From: a bacterium
GTDB taxonomy: Bacteria; Armatimonadota; UBA5829
NCBI GenBank assembly: GCA_021372295.1
Contig: JAJFUS010000011.1
Span: 19,442-83,441 of the forward strand
DNA: 64,000 nucleotides
Direction of reading: 5' to 3'
The translations under genes and the position numbers were made by a program. Shown one piece after another: positions 24,580 to 33,096 of the stretch. Under the pieces are notes generated by a model. It did no database searches and was not told the origin of the DNA. It saw nothing but the letters and a program-made list of their open reading frames with translations. Each line of letters starts with the position of its first letter. Position 1 is the stretch's first letter.

Positions 24580-25841
24580 GACGATTTCATGTAAAGGGCC
24601 ACCATCGTCATGTCATCAATATGACGAGGCTCTCCGATACGCTGGGTCAGTCGCAATCCCCAGGTCGATATATCACTGCCGTGCACTTCCCTGAGGAATG
24701 CCTCCAGCGATTCCAGGCCGCCGCTCGACTCCAGCGCGTCAGTGATGCCGTCCGAATAGAGAATCAGTACGTCACCCGGCTCCAAATGTATCGTCTGCTC
24801 GGAATAATCGGCAGACTCCATTATTCCCAGAGGAATATCGGAGCGACTATGACAAAGTGTTCGGCCGTCGGCCTTGAGGACGATGGGAGGCATGTGACCG
24901 GCGTTGATGTAGCGAAACTCGCCTGTCTTGATGGTAAGAATTCCATAGGCAAGAGTAACGAAGCTCTCGCTGGTCGTCACGGAGATAAGATGGTGATTGA
25001 TATCGGTTGCCATTTTTGCGAGGTTTTCTGAAAAGTGCTCGTAGAGGCCGTATTTCGCGCTTGAAACCAGCAGGGCCGCTGGAACCCCTTTGCCCGCTAC
25101 ATCGGCCACGGCTATGCCAATGCGGTCTTCGTTGACGGGATAGAAATCGTAGAGGTCTCCGCCGACCTCTTGCGCCGGATTGTACAGTATGGCAATTTCC
25201 ACGCCTTCAATCTTAGGAATTTCCTGCGGAAGCTGGGCCTGTTGCACACGGCGAGCGACTTCCATCTCTCTGTCGGTGGCTGCCCGCTCCGCTCTAAGAA
25301 TTGAGGCGGCCTCGTCAAGGGCCTGAAGGCGGTCTCGGAGCGCGCCTGCGATCAGAGCTATCAGAAACAAATAGGGAAAAGTCTGCACTACATCGTCTAC
25401 CAGGAGCGTATCTGAAAGCGCCCAGCGCTTGAGAGAAGCTTGGACCACAAGCGATATGCTCCCTATTGCCAGAGCGCCAAATACCGCTCCCTTGGTGCCG
25501 TAAATTACTGCCGTGGAAATTAAAGCGATGTAGTACAGAGGGTAAAACGGGCTGGACAGCCCGCCGCTATAATAGACGATTACGCTGACAAAGAGTATGT
25601 CGACTATGGCGTTGACAGCTCTCACAGGCGAGTCTATTCTGCCTCCGGATATCAGGGACAAAACAAGGGTAAGCAAAGCCATGGCCATTACCGTCAGCAG
25701 AATTTGGTGACTGTGAACAACCTCGGTAGTGAACCGCAGTTGGGATATGATGAGCACACCCACGATTGCCAGCCATCTGATTATGTAAAGACCGATCCTT
25801 GTTCGCCTGGGTGGCGCTTCCGGCCTTGCACCCTGTTCCAC
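24576..25841 (-). CDS. membrane-bound PP2C-type serine phosphatase (SpoIIE/RsbU-like)
   Basis: N-terminal polytopic membrane region. PPM domain motifs EVGGDLYDFY and GIAVADVAGKGVPAALL ... DGITD. GTG 25841 follows GGGAGG. The TGA stop lies inside repeat module M1. Confidence 0.85.
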   Translation of the reverse strand: MEQGARPEAPPRRTRIGLYIIRWLAIVGVLIISQLRFTTEVVHSHQILLTVMAMALLTLVLSLISGGRIDSPVRAVNAIVDILFVSVIVYYSGGLSSPFYPLYYIALISTAVIYGTKGAVFGALAIGSISLVVQASLKRWALSDTLLVDDVVQTFPYLFLIALIAGALRDRLQALDEAASILRAERAATDREMEVARRVQQAQLPQEIPKIEGVEIAILYNPAQEVGGDLYDFYPVNEDRIGIAVADVAGKGVPAALLVSSAKYGLYEHFSENLAKMATDINHHLISVTTSESFVTLAYGILTIKTGEFRYINAGHMPPIVLKADGRTLCHSRSDIPLGIMESADYSEQTIHLEPGDVLILYSDGITDALESSGGLESLEAFLREVHGSDISTWGLRLTQRIGEPRHIDDMTMVALYMKSS

Positions 25842-25971
25842 ATGAAACCTCCCTAGAAAAACAGCTGAGAGCAGAAAGAATTTACCCCGGCAAGTTCGGG
25901 CCGACACATTGTCGGAAGTCGCTCATCCGGGAAGTGGGTAATTATTGGCCTGTGAAATTCGGCTCATGGTG

Positions 25972-26001
25972 TTGATAGATTACCCGGTCGGATGCTATAA
26001 T
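25972..26001 (+). promoter_or_regulatory. candidate sigma-70 promoter of dnaA
   Basis: TTGATA, 18 nt, TATAAT. Lies 52 nt upstream of the GTG start. Confidence 0.5.
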
Positions 26002-26053
26002 CTGCGATGCTACTGACCTCGTTTCCTTCTACTATTGCAAACTCACTTGGCAG

Positions 26054-27454
26054 GTGAATGAGTTGGTCGACAAACAGCTTCAACTTGGTGAAGATGATGC
26101 TTTTCTGGCGCTGGGCAACGCATGGAAACATGCGCTTGAAGTGCTGGAAGAGCAGGTCAACAAGCCGTCGTTCGAGAGCTGGATCAAAACGGCCAGGCCG
26201 CTTGCCGTTGAAGGTAACCTCGTAAGAATTGCCACCACAAGCAGTTTCGCCAGGCACTGGCTCGAAAGCAAACATATCGGGCTGATTAAAGAAATCCTGG
26301 AAACCGATATGGGCATGAAGCTCAAAGTAAGAGTGGAGCTTATCGAAGGCGACGAGCCTGTTATTCTCACGGACAAACTTCCTAAGAAACCCAAGCCCCA
26401 GTCCAAGTCCGACGACGAGCCTATATCTTTGCCGCTGAACAGTCAGTACAATTTCGAGACATTTGTCGTTGGGCCCACAAACAGGCTGGCGCACGCGTGC
26501 GCAATGGCTATTGCTGAGAGTCCGGGTCGGACGTACAACCCGCTTTTCGTATACGGCGGCGCGGGGCTGGGGAAAACCCACCTGATGCACGCTGTTGGTC
26601 AGGCGGCTATGGCCAACTTCCCCGGGATGAAGGTTGCTTATGTGTCGGGCGAGGCGTTTACTTACCACTATATTTCGTCTCTGCGAGAGCATCGCACGGC
26701 CGACTTTCGGCGCAAGTATCGCAGCATAGATTTGTGGCTGGTGGACGATATTCAGTTTCTGGTGGGCAAAGAACGCACCGAAGAAGAGTTTTTCCATACG
26801 TACAACGCCATCTATGAGATGGGCAAACAGATAGTGCTCACCAGCGACCGTGCGCCCAAAGATCTCAATCTGGACACCCGGCTGCTCTCGCGGTTTGAGT
26901 GCGGCATGATCGCGGATGTCGCGCCGCCGGACCTTGAGACTCGCATGGCTATTCTTGAAACCAAAGCTGAGTTCGAGCATATAGCTCTCTCTAATGACGT
27001 TATCCTTTACATCGCAAAGCTCATCACTTCCAACGTGAGGCGGCTTGAGAGCGCTCTCATTCAACTTCACGCCTACGCTTCGCTTATGAAGACATCGGTG
27101 ACGCCTACTCTGGCCGAAGAGGTCTTGAGCAAACACTTTGGGGAACAGGCAGCTCCGGTAATTGACGCGCAGAAGGTGCAGTTGGAGGTGGCGAAGAAGT
27201 TTAACGTCGATCTGAGCGACCTGAAGGGAAAGTGCCGCAGCGCAGATATTGTAATGCCGCGTCAGATCGCTATGTATCTGATTCGTGAGCTTACCGATTG
27301 CTCGCTGCCGTCCATTGGAAAAGCCTTTGGAGGAAGAGACCATACCACGGTGATTCACTCCTGCAAGAAGATTGAGGAAAAACTGGAAAACGACAAGTCT
27401 TTCGCCGCGCTTCTGAAGGAACTGGAACGCCAAATTCGCGACACTAAAGTATAA
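26054..27454 (+). CDS. dnaA: chromosomal replication initiator protein DnaA
   Basis: Walker A GGAGLGKTHLMHA, box VII/sensor motifs, and C-terminal DNA-binding domain ...RDHTTVIHSCKKIE. GTG start. Confidence 0.97.
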   Translation: MNELVDKQLQLGEDDAFLALGNAWKHALEVLEEQVNKPSFESWIKTARPLAVEGNLVRIATTSSFARHWLESKHIGLIKEILETDMGMKLKVRVELIEGDEPVILTDKLPKKPKPQSKSDDEPISLPLNSQYNFETFVVGPTNRLAHACAMAIAESPGRTYNPLFVYGGAGLGKTHLMHAVGQAAMANFPGMKVAYVSGEAFTYHYISSLREHRTADFRRKYRSIDLWLVDDIQFLVGKERTEEEFFHTYNAIYEMGKQIVLTSDRAPKDLNLDTRLLSRFECGMIADVAPPDLETRMAILETKAEFEHIALSNDVILYIAKLITSNVRRLESALIQLHAYASLMKTSVTPTLAEEVLSKHFGEQAAPVIDAQKVQLEVAKKFNVDLSDLKGKCRSADIVMPRQIAMYLIRELTDCSLPSIGKAFGGRDHTTVIHSCKKIEEKLENDKSFAALLKELERQIRDTKV

Positions 27455-27466
27455 GCTCAGTATTAT

Positions 27467-27669
27467 CTTGGGGCTCCGCCCCAAACCCTGCCAGAGACTC
27501 TGTCTCTGGACTCTGCAAGGAAACCAAGCTTCCTTGACCTTCTGACTCATAGTTGAATGATCCCTTAAGGGATCATTCAACTATGCAACGGGGGTCCAGG
27601 GGCCACTCGGCTCCTGGCGGGATCCAAGGGCAGCGCCCTTGGTGGGAGTCTGAGGGTTTCACCCTCAGA
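27467..27669 (-). repeat. seven-hairpin mosaic repeat, copy 5 (full, inverted)
   Basis: Starts 12 nt after the dnaA stop. M4 at 27548-27585. Ends about 60 nt before the first DnaA box. Confidence 0.9.
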
Positions 27670-27724
27670 TAATCGCCGCAGAGCTGAACTTTTACATGGT
27701 AAAAGCTGTTGATTTCGCGTTTAA

Positions 27725-27939
27725 ATAAGCTGTGGAAATAGCTGTGGAAAGTTTTGTGGAATTCTCTGCTGTTGGTAAGTAGGCGGTTTTCCGATACTTG
27801 TGAGGCGATAAAATCTGTTTTTCAGAGTTGTTTCCACAGATGCGTTTGAGCGTGGGTCGAACGCGGCGGCAGAGGTTGTCCACAATATCCACAGCCACTA
27901 CTATTACCACTACTATTTTCTTTATATAATAAGATAAAC
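27725..27939. other. chromosomal replication origin (oriC): DnaA-box cluster plus AT-rich unwinding element
   Basis: Six 9-mers share the TCCACA/TGTGGA core. TGTGGAAAT at 27731, TGTGGAAAG at 27743, TGTGGAATT at 27755, GTTTCCACA at 27830, TTGTCCACA at 27876 and ATATCCACA at 27885 match TTATCCACA at 6-8 of 9 positions. Then CCACTACTATTA/CCACTACTATTT in tandem and TTCTTTATATAATAAGATAAAC. Lies between dnaA and recF. Confidence 0.8.
27895..27918 (+). repeat. tandem 12-mer in the putative DNA-unwinding element
   Basis: CCACTACTATTA then CCACTACTATTT, directly after the last DnaA box. Confidence 0.7.
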
Positions 27940-29058
27940 ATGCATATTAAGACGTTGAACCTGACTAACTTTCGGAATTATGAGCATCTGGACATCGAAC
28001 TTGCTGATGGATTGAATGTGCTCGTCGGAAGGAATGCTCAAGGTAAAAGTGGGATATTGGAAGCCGTTTATGTGTTGGCGACGAGTAAGTCTCACAGGAC
28101 TTCCCGCGATATGGACTTGATTCGCATTGGGGAGGGCTTTAGTCGATTATGCGCGGAGGTTGTCAGATCTCAGAGGAATGATACGATCCTGGAACTGGCT
28201 TTGAGTAGGACGGAGCATAAGTCGGTCAAGATCAATAAAGTCAAACATCCCAAGATCGGGGATATTGTCGGGCAGCTCAACGCGGTTATATTCAGTAATT
28301 CGGATATCGATATGGTTCGAGGAGAGCCGTCGGGGCGCAGACGGTTTCTGAACTTGGAAATATCTCAAGTCAGCCCACATTACATTCACGCTTTGGGGCG
28401 ATATAAGCGGGTTCTGGATCAAAGAAACAATCTTTTGCGTGAGATTAAGTCGAGCAGGGTCCAAAGCGGCGATATCGACGCATGGGATATGCAATTAGCT
28501 CAATATGGGGCGACTATCATCTCTCGCAGGGCAAAATTTATAGGGTTTTTGGCAGGCTCGGCGGCTCGGATTTATTCGGATTTGACGGGTGGATCGGAAG
28601 AGCTTGGCGTGTCGTACAAGCCGAGTGTCGATCCGGGCACTGATGCGTCTGAGGACGAGATCGCACAAAGATTTGCTAAGGGACTTGCCGCTAAGAGAGA
28701 GATCGACATTATGCGTGGGACTACTACTTCGGGTCCGCATCGGGACGACGTGTCTTTGAGCGTTAACGGCATTCCGGCGAGGGAATTCGCTTCACAGGGT
28801 CAGCAGAGAAGCGCTGCTATCGCTCTTAAACTGGCTGAGATCGATCTGATGGAAGAATATGTCGGGGAAAGCCCGGTTGTGCTTTTGGACGATGTGATGG
28901 CCGAACTCGACGAGATGCGGCGCGCGCGGGTGCTGGAAGTGACGCTTGGTCGTTGCCAGACGTTTATCACCACCACTTCTTTGGACGAAATAGGTGGGGG
29001 GGTGCTCGACCGGGCGAGTGTGTGGGAAGTCAGATCGGGCAGGGTGGCGAAAAGATGA
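27940..29058 (+). CDS. recF: DNA replication and repair protein RecF
   Basis: NFRNYEHL...GRNAQGKSGILEA Walker A and the signature SQGQQRSAAIALKLAE. Confidence 0.93.
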   Translation: MHIKTLNLTNFRNYEHLDIELADGLNVLVGRNAQGKSGILEAVYVLATSKSHRTSRDMDLIRIGEGFSRLCAEVVRSQRNDTILELALSRTEHKSVKINKVKHPKIGDIVGQLNAVIFSNSDIDMVRGEPSGRRRFLNLEISQVSPHYIHALGRYKRVLDQRNNLLREIKSSRVQSGDIDAWDMQLAQYGATIISRRAKFIGFLAGSAARIYSDLTGGSEELGVSYKPSVDPGTDASEDEIAQRFAKGLAAKREIDIMRGTTTSGPHRDDVSLSVNGIPAREFASQGQQRSAAIALKLAEIDLMEEYVGESPVVLLDDVMAELDEMRRARVLEVTLGRCQTFITTTSLDEIGGGVLDRASVWEVRSGRVAKR

Positions 29059-29564
29059 GACGACCTATGTTTCGAGGAGGCGGTATAAGCCGTCTGGGAG
29101 GCGTTTTAAACGCTTCCTTGGAAGAAATGGGACTAAGACACAAGGTGATGGAATTTCAGGTCGTGGCGAGGTGGCCTGAGGTTGTCGGGTCGAACATAGC
29201 CGGCGCGAGTATGGCCGACAAAATTAGGGACGGAGTGCTATACGTATGCTGCAAGAGCAGCACTTGGGCGAACGAATTGTCTTTCCACAAAGAGCACATT
29301 ATGAAAAAGCTCAACGACTCTGCCGGAAAGAAGATAGTGACTGACATTCGATTCACTTCCCGAGGATATCGAAAAGTGGCGCAGGCCAGGAAAGATCAAG
29401 GCTCGAGCGTGCTGCGTGGGCTCGATAAAATTGAGGTGGGTGAGAATGCATCCAGACTTGCCGAGAAAGTGGCGTCGGTGGCCGCGGCTCCCGAACTGGC
29501 CGCGAAGATTCAAAAAGCCGTGCTCACCAGTAAGAGGTTGGAGATTGTAAAGAACGGGGATTAA
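29055..29564 (+). CDS. DUF721 / DciA-like protein
   Basis: ATG overlaps the recF stop (ATGA). VVARWPEVVGSNIAGASMADKIRDGVLYVCCKSSTWANELSFHKEHIMKKLN matches the DUF721 core. Its position after recF is typical. Confidence 0.8.
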   Translation: MRRPMFRGGGISRLGGVLNASLEEMGLRHKVMEFQVVARWPEVVGSNIAGASMADKIRDGVLYVCCKSSTWANELSFHKEHIMKKLNDSAGKKIVTDIRFTSRGYRKVAQARKDQGSSVLRGLDKIEVGENASRLAEKVASVAAAPELAAKIQKAVLTSKRLEIVKNGD

Positions 29565-29603
29565 TCTCTTACGAGCCGGATTGCTTTTTTTCTGAGGGAT
29601 ATT

Positions 29604-31058
29604 ATGGCTGACAAATGGTCTCAGATTATCCAGAAGATCGATGACTTTCGGTGGAGGATTCCAAAGTCTTACAAGTCTGGAATGCGCACTGAGGGGATAG
29701 TCTATTCGACCGAGAATATGCTTACCGATATGGATGAGTCTCTGGAGCAGGTGGCTAACGTCGCGTTTCTGCCGGGGATAGTGGGTGCGTCGATGGCTAT
29801 GCCGGATATTCACTGGGGTTACGGCTTTCCTATCGGTGGAGTGGCGGCCACGGATTACGAGACCGGCGTGGTGTCGCCGGGAGGTGTCGGGTTCGACATA
29901 AACTGCGGCGTAAGAATGCTTCGCACGGATCTGACGATAAATGATGTCAAGGAAAAGATAGGCGATTTGGTCGACCAACTGTATGTGAACGTGCCCTCAG
30001 GTGTGGGTAGTGAAGGCAATATCAGGGTCGATGAGCAGGAACTCAAGGCCGTGATGACCAAAGGCGCGAAGTGGATGGTGGAACGCGGTTTTGGTTGGGC
30101 TGATGATCTTGAAGTGAGCGAGCAAGGCGGAGTAATGGATATGGCTGATCCGAGCTTCATCAGCAAAGAAGCTATTAAGCGGGGTCGTCCTCAGCTCGGG
30201 ACACTTGGCGCGGGCAATCATTTTCTTGAGATCCAAGTCGTGGACTATATATACGACGAGGCTGTCGCGGAAGTGTTCGGGATCACAAAGCCGGGTCAGA
30301 TTACCGTTATGATCCACACGGGAAGCCGCGGGTTCGGGCATCAGGTCTGTCAGGACAACCTGAATGTGATGCAGCGCGCAATGCTCAAATATGAAATTAA
30401 TGTCCCGGACAGGCAGCTTGCGTGTGCTCCTGTGAAATCGGAGGAGGGCCAGGCTTATCTGGCGGCTATGGCTTGCGCGGCGAACTTCGCGTGGGCTAAC
30501 AGGCAGACGATTGCTCACTGGGTTCGCGAGAGTTTTGAAAAGGTGATGGGCGCAGGCGCGCATAAGCTGGGGATGAACCAAATATATGACGTGGCTCACA
30601 ATATGGCCAAGATCGAGGATCATCCTGTAGACGGCAAGATCAAAAAACTCTGCGTTCATCGTAAAGGCGCGACTCGCGCGTTCGGGCCTGACAATCCGCA
30701 TGTTCCTGAGCAATATCAAAAAGTTGGCCAGCCGGTGATCGTGCCGGGCGATATGGGTCGATACTCGTTCTTGCTGGTGGGCACCCAAACCGCGATGAAA
30801 CAGACTTGGGGATCGACATGTCACGGCGCCGGTCGAGTTATGAGCCGTCATGAGGCCATCAAGAGAATGCGAGGTCGGGCTGTTCAGGACGAACTCGCCG
30901 GGCGCGGGATTCTGGTTCGAGCTAAAGGGCGCGATACTCTCTCGGAAGAAGCGTCTTATGCTTATAAGGATGTGGCGGATGTGGTTGCGACATGTGACGG
31001 CGCGGGGATATCGCGATTGGTCGCGAAGATGAGGCCGCTTGGGGTGGCGAAGGGATAG
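29604..31058 (+). CDS. rtcB: RNA-splicing ligase RtcB
   Basis: 484 aa. PDIHWGYGFPIGGVAA, GAGNHFLE, HTGSRGFGHQ and HGAGR are RtcB metal and GMP-histidine motifs. Confidence 0.95.
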   Translation: MADKWSQIIQKIDDFRWRIPKSYKSGMRTEGIVYSTENMLTDMDESLEQVANVAFLPGIVGASMAMPDIHWGYGFPIGGVAATDYETGVVSPGGVGFDINCGVRMLRTDLTINDVKEKIGDLVDQLYVNVPSGVGSEGNIRVDEQELKAVMTKGAKWMVERGFGWADDLEVSEQGGVMDMADPSFISKEAIKRGRPQLGTLGAGNHFLEIQVVDYIYDEAVAEVFGITKPGQITVMIHTGSRGFGHQVCQDNLNVMQRAMLKYEINVPDRQLACAPVKSEEGQAYLAAMACAANFAWANRQTIAHWVRESFEKVMGAGAHKLGMNQIYDVAHNMAKIEDHPVDGKIKKLCVHRKGATRAFGPDNPHVPEQYQKVGQPVIVPGDMGRYSFLLVGTQTAMKQTWGSTCHGAGRVMSRHEAIKRMRGRAVQDELAGRGILVRAKGRDTLSEEASYAYKDVADVVATCDGAGISRLVAKMRPLGVAKG

Positions 31059-31086
31059 TTCGGACGAGGAAAACTAAGGAGACAGT

Positions 31087-31419
31087 ATGCCGTTTTGCCC
31101 AAAATGCAAATATGAATATCGAACGGGTTTTTCCAAGTGTCCTGACTGTGATGTCGAGCTTGTTGATGAACTTCCCGAGGCGGCGAAACCGTTAGATGAA
31201 TCTTTGGATCTGGTGTGTATCGGGACGTATCCGTTTGATCCTCCGGCTCAGGCTGCGCGTGTAACTCTGGAATCTCAGGGGATTCCCACGGTGTTGCAGA
31301 ATTCTGTTATGTCTCAGACAGATATTATACTGGTGTTTGCGGACGGCGGGGTCAGACTGATGGTTCGCAGTGAAGATGTGCAGCGAGCTAAATCCATATT
31401 GGAAGATAAGGGCGAGTGA
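31087..31419 (+). CDS. zinc-ribbon plus DUF2007-like small protein
   Basis: MPFCPKCKYEY..CPDCDVELV ribbon, followed by a PII-like DUF2007 fold pattern. Confidence 0.6.
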   Translation: MPFCPKCKYEYRTGFSKCPDCDVELVDELPEAAKPLDESLDLVCIGTYPFDPPAQAARVTLESQGIPTVLQNSVMSQTDIILVFADGGVRLMVRSEDVQRAKSILEDKGE

Positions 31420-31448
31420 ATTAACTGTTCATTATTGCACTTTTAATA

Positions 31449-32963
31449 TCACACACCATGCTTTGCATCAATCCGTGCTTTTTCCAGAGGATGCTCGCGT
31501 TCCATTTCGGATTCTGAAAGCTTTCCGGTGAGCCAGCTTTGATTGGACGGGAAATTGTCCGGGTTCAGATGCACGTTGTAGAGGTGCCATACTACTATAG
31601 CTAACATCGCAAGGAGTGCTTCGTCGGAGTGTGCGATCCAGGCAACAGGCTGCGCTATGGACGGGAGCAGGCTGCCGGCTGCGGCTGGAAACCACAGAAC
31701 AAGGCCCGAAGCGACCATTATCGGCATTCCCCAACAGACGGCGAGGTAGTCGAACTTCTGGCGGAAGTGAAAACGGTCATAATGTGGTCGCTCGGGTTGC
31801 AGCGAGAGATTGTATTGGATTGTGTGGATTAGGTCGGTTATGTCCTTTCGGTTCGGCCACATGCTCCAGGATTTGAGTGAAAATCCGGTTTGTTTCCATC
31901 GGAAGATTAGATCGATGCAGTGCCATATCCAGGTGATTATGAGTATGATTGCTCCTACTCGATGAGCAATGCGGGCCCCTTGGAATCCGCCGAAGAGAGT
32001 ATTGAAGTGATGTGTCCAGGAAATGTCAGCGTATCTGAGAGGCATTCCGGTAATTACCAGGAGCGTGAAGCTGCCGGCCAGCAATATGTGCTGGGCGCGC
32101 TGTGCGAGATTAAAGCGTGTGTAATAGCGGTCGGAGCGCTTCTTGACGGCGCTTGGTTGTCGCAATTTATGGATGATATACGCCGATGCGGTCATGATTG
32201 CCCACACGATGCATAAATGTTGGGCGGCGCGTAGGTTAAATGCGGCAATTGCGATTCCTCCGACGAGGCAATAGAAACCCAAAGCGATTAGTATGGCGAT
32301 CAATCTGCATGTTTTATGTGATGGACTTCGGCGAAATAGTCTGCCGTATAGGTCGAAAGTAATCATCATTGCGAGGCAGAGCATGATCGTGAGAGTCAGC
32401 GTTTTGAAGAACAGGCGTTCAATCTTCAGCAGTGGTGAGTCGTTGATTCGCAGTGCGAGATGACTTACGCCAGGCGCGGCGAGTTTGTTTTTTGTTTTGT
32501 GGTGGCACTTAGTGCAGGTGTGACCGGCGTTATTTGGGGCCAGGATGCTGTGCGCACCATGACAGTCTGTGCAGGTGGCAGACTTGGTTTGTCCGAAGTG
32601 AAGGAACGCCCTCCCATGATAGCTGTGTTCGTAGGATGATATCGCGCTGGCGCTGATTCCATATCTCTGCATTCGAGCGTGACCCGAATGGCAGCCGGAG
32701 CAGTTTTTCGTATGGGTTTTACGGAGCGTGCCGGTTTGTGTGTGTGGATCGCCCGGGTGGCAGGTGGCGCAGGTTGGATGGTCGCCTGCATGTTTGTTTG
32801 GACGCGCATGTATGCTGGAGGCGAAGTCGCGGGCTTGTATGGCATGACAGCCGACGCATGCGGGCGGGGTGTTGTGGTGTGACAACGACTCCCCGCTGCG
32901 AGCTGCCACAGGTTGGAGAAGTATCAACTGGATCAGCATTAGCGCGATGTATAGTCGTGTCAA
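31449..32963 (-). CDS. pentaheme cytochrome c fused to a membrane cytochrome b domain (CbcL-like quinol oxidoreductase candidate)
   Basis: Signal peptide, then five CxxCH motifs (CVGCH, CATCH, CSGCH, CTDCH, CTKCH). The C-terminal half has 5-6 TM helices with conserved His, like Ni/Fe-hydrogenase or FdnI-type cytochrome b. Confidence 0.75.
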   Translation of the reverse strand: MTRLYIALMLIQLILLQPVAARSGESLSHHNTPPACVGCHAIQARDFASSIHARPNKHAGDHPTCATCHPGDPHTQTGTLRKTHTKNCSGCHSGHARMQRYGISASAISSYEHSYHGRAFLHFGQTKSATCTDCHGAHSILAPNNAGHTCTKCHHKTKNKLAAPGVSHLALRINDSPLLKIERLFFKTLTLTIMLCLAMMITFDLYGRLFRRSPSHKTCRLIAILIALGFYCLVGGIAIAAFNLRAAQHLCIVWAIMTASAYIIHKLRQPSAVKKRSDRYYTRFNLAQRAQHILLAGSFTLLVITGMPLRYADISWTHHFNTLFGGFQGARIAHRVGAIILIITWIWHCIDLIFRWKQTGFSLKSWSMWPNRKDITDLIHTIQYNLSLQPERPHYDRFHFRQKFDYLAVCWGMPIMVASGLVLWFPAAAGSLLPSIAQPVAWIAHSDEALLAMLAIVVWHLYNVHLNPDNFPSNQSWLTGKLSESEMEREHPLEKARIDAKHGV

Positions 32964-33096
32964 CGTATTTCGATCTCCATGCCTCTACGATACCCAAATT
33001 GTGCAGATATTTCAACCTTTGGAATGGGATACGTTGACGGTGGCAGATGTCTGAACTATAATCACTAGAAATGCTGGATGTTACAGGAGGAGAATT

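Noticed and set aside
25964-27580. 538-aa ORF antisense to dnaA that extends into repeat copy 5
   Set aside because: dnaA on the plus strand is unambiguous. The antisense product has no recognisable motif, and its N-terminus is translated from the non-coding mosaic repeat.
29238-30851. 246-aa and 284-aa minus-strand ORFs inside the DUF721 and rtcB genes, and the similar antisense ORFs 16442-17191, 17612-18292, 53322-53879 and 53892-54785
   Set aside because: All lie antisense to genes with strong family signatures and show no motifs or translation signals.
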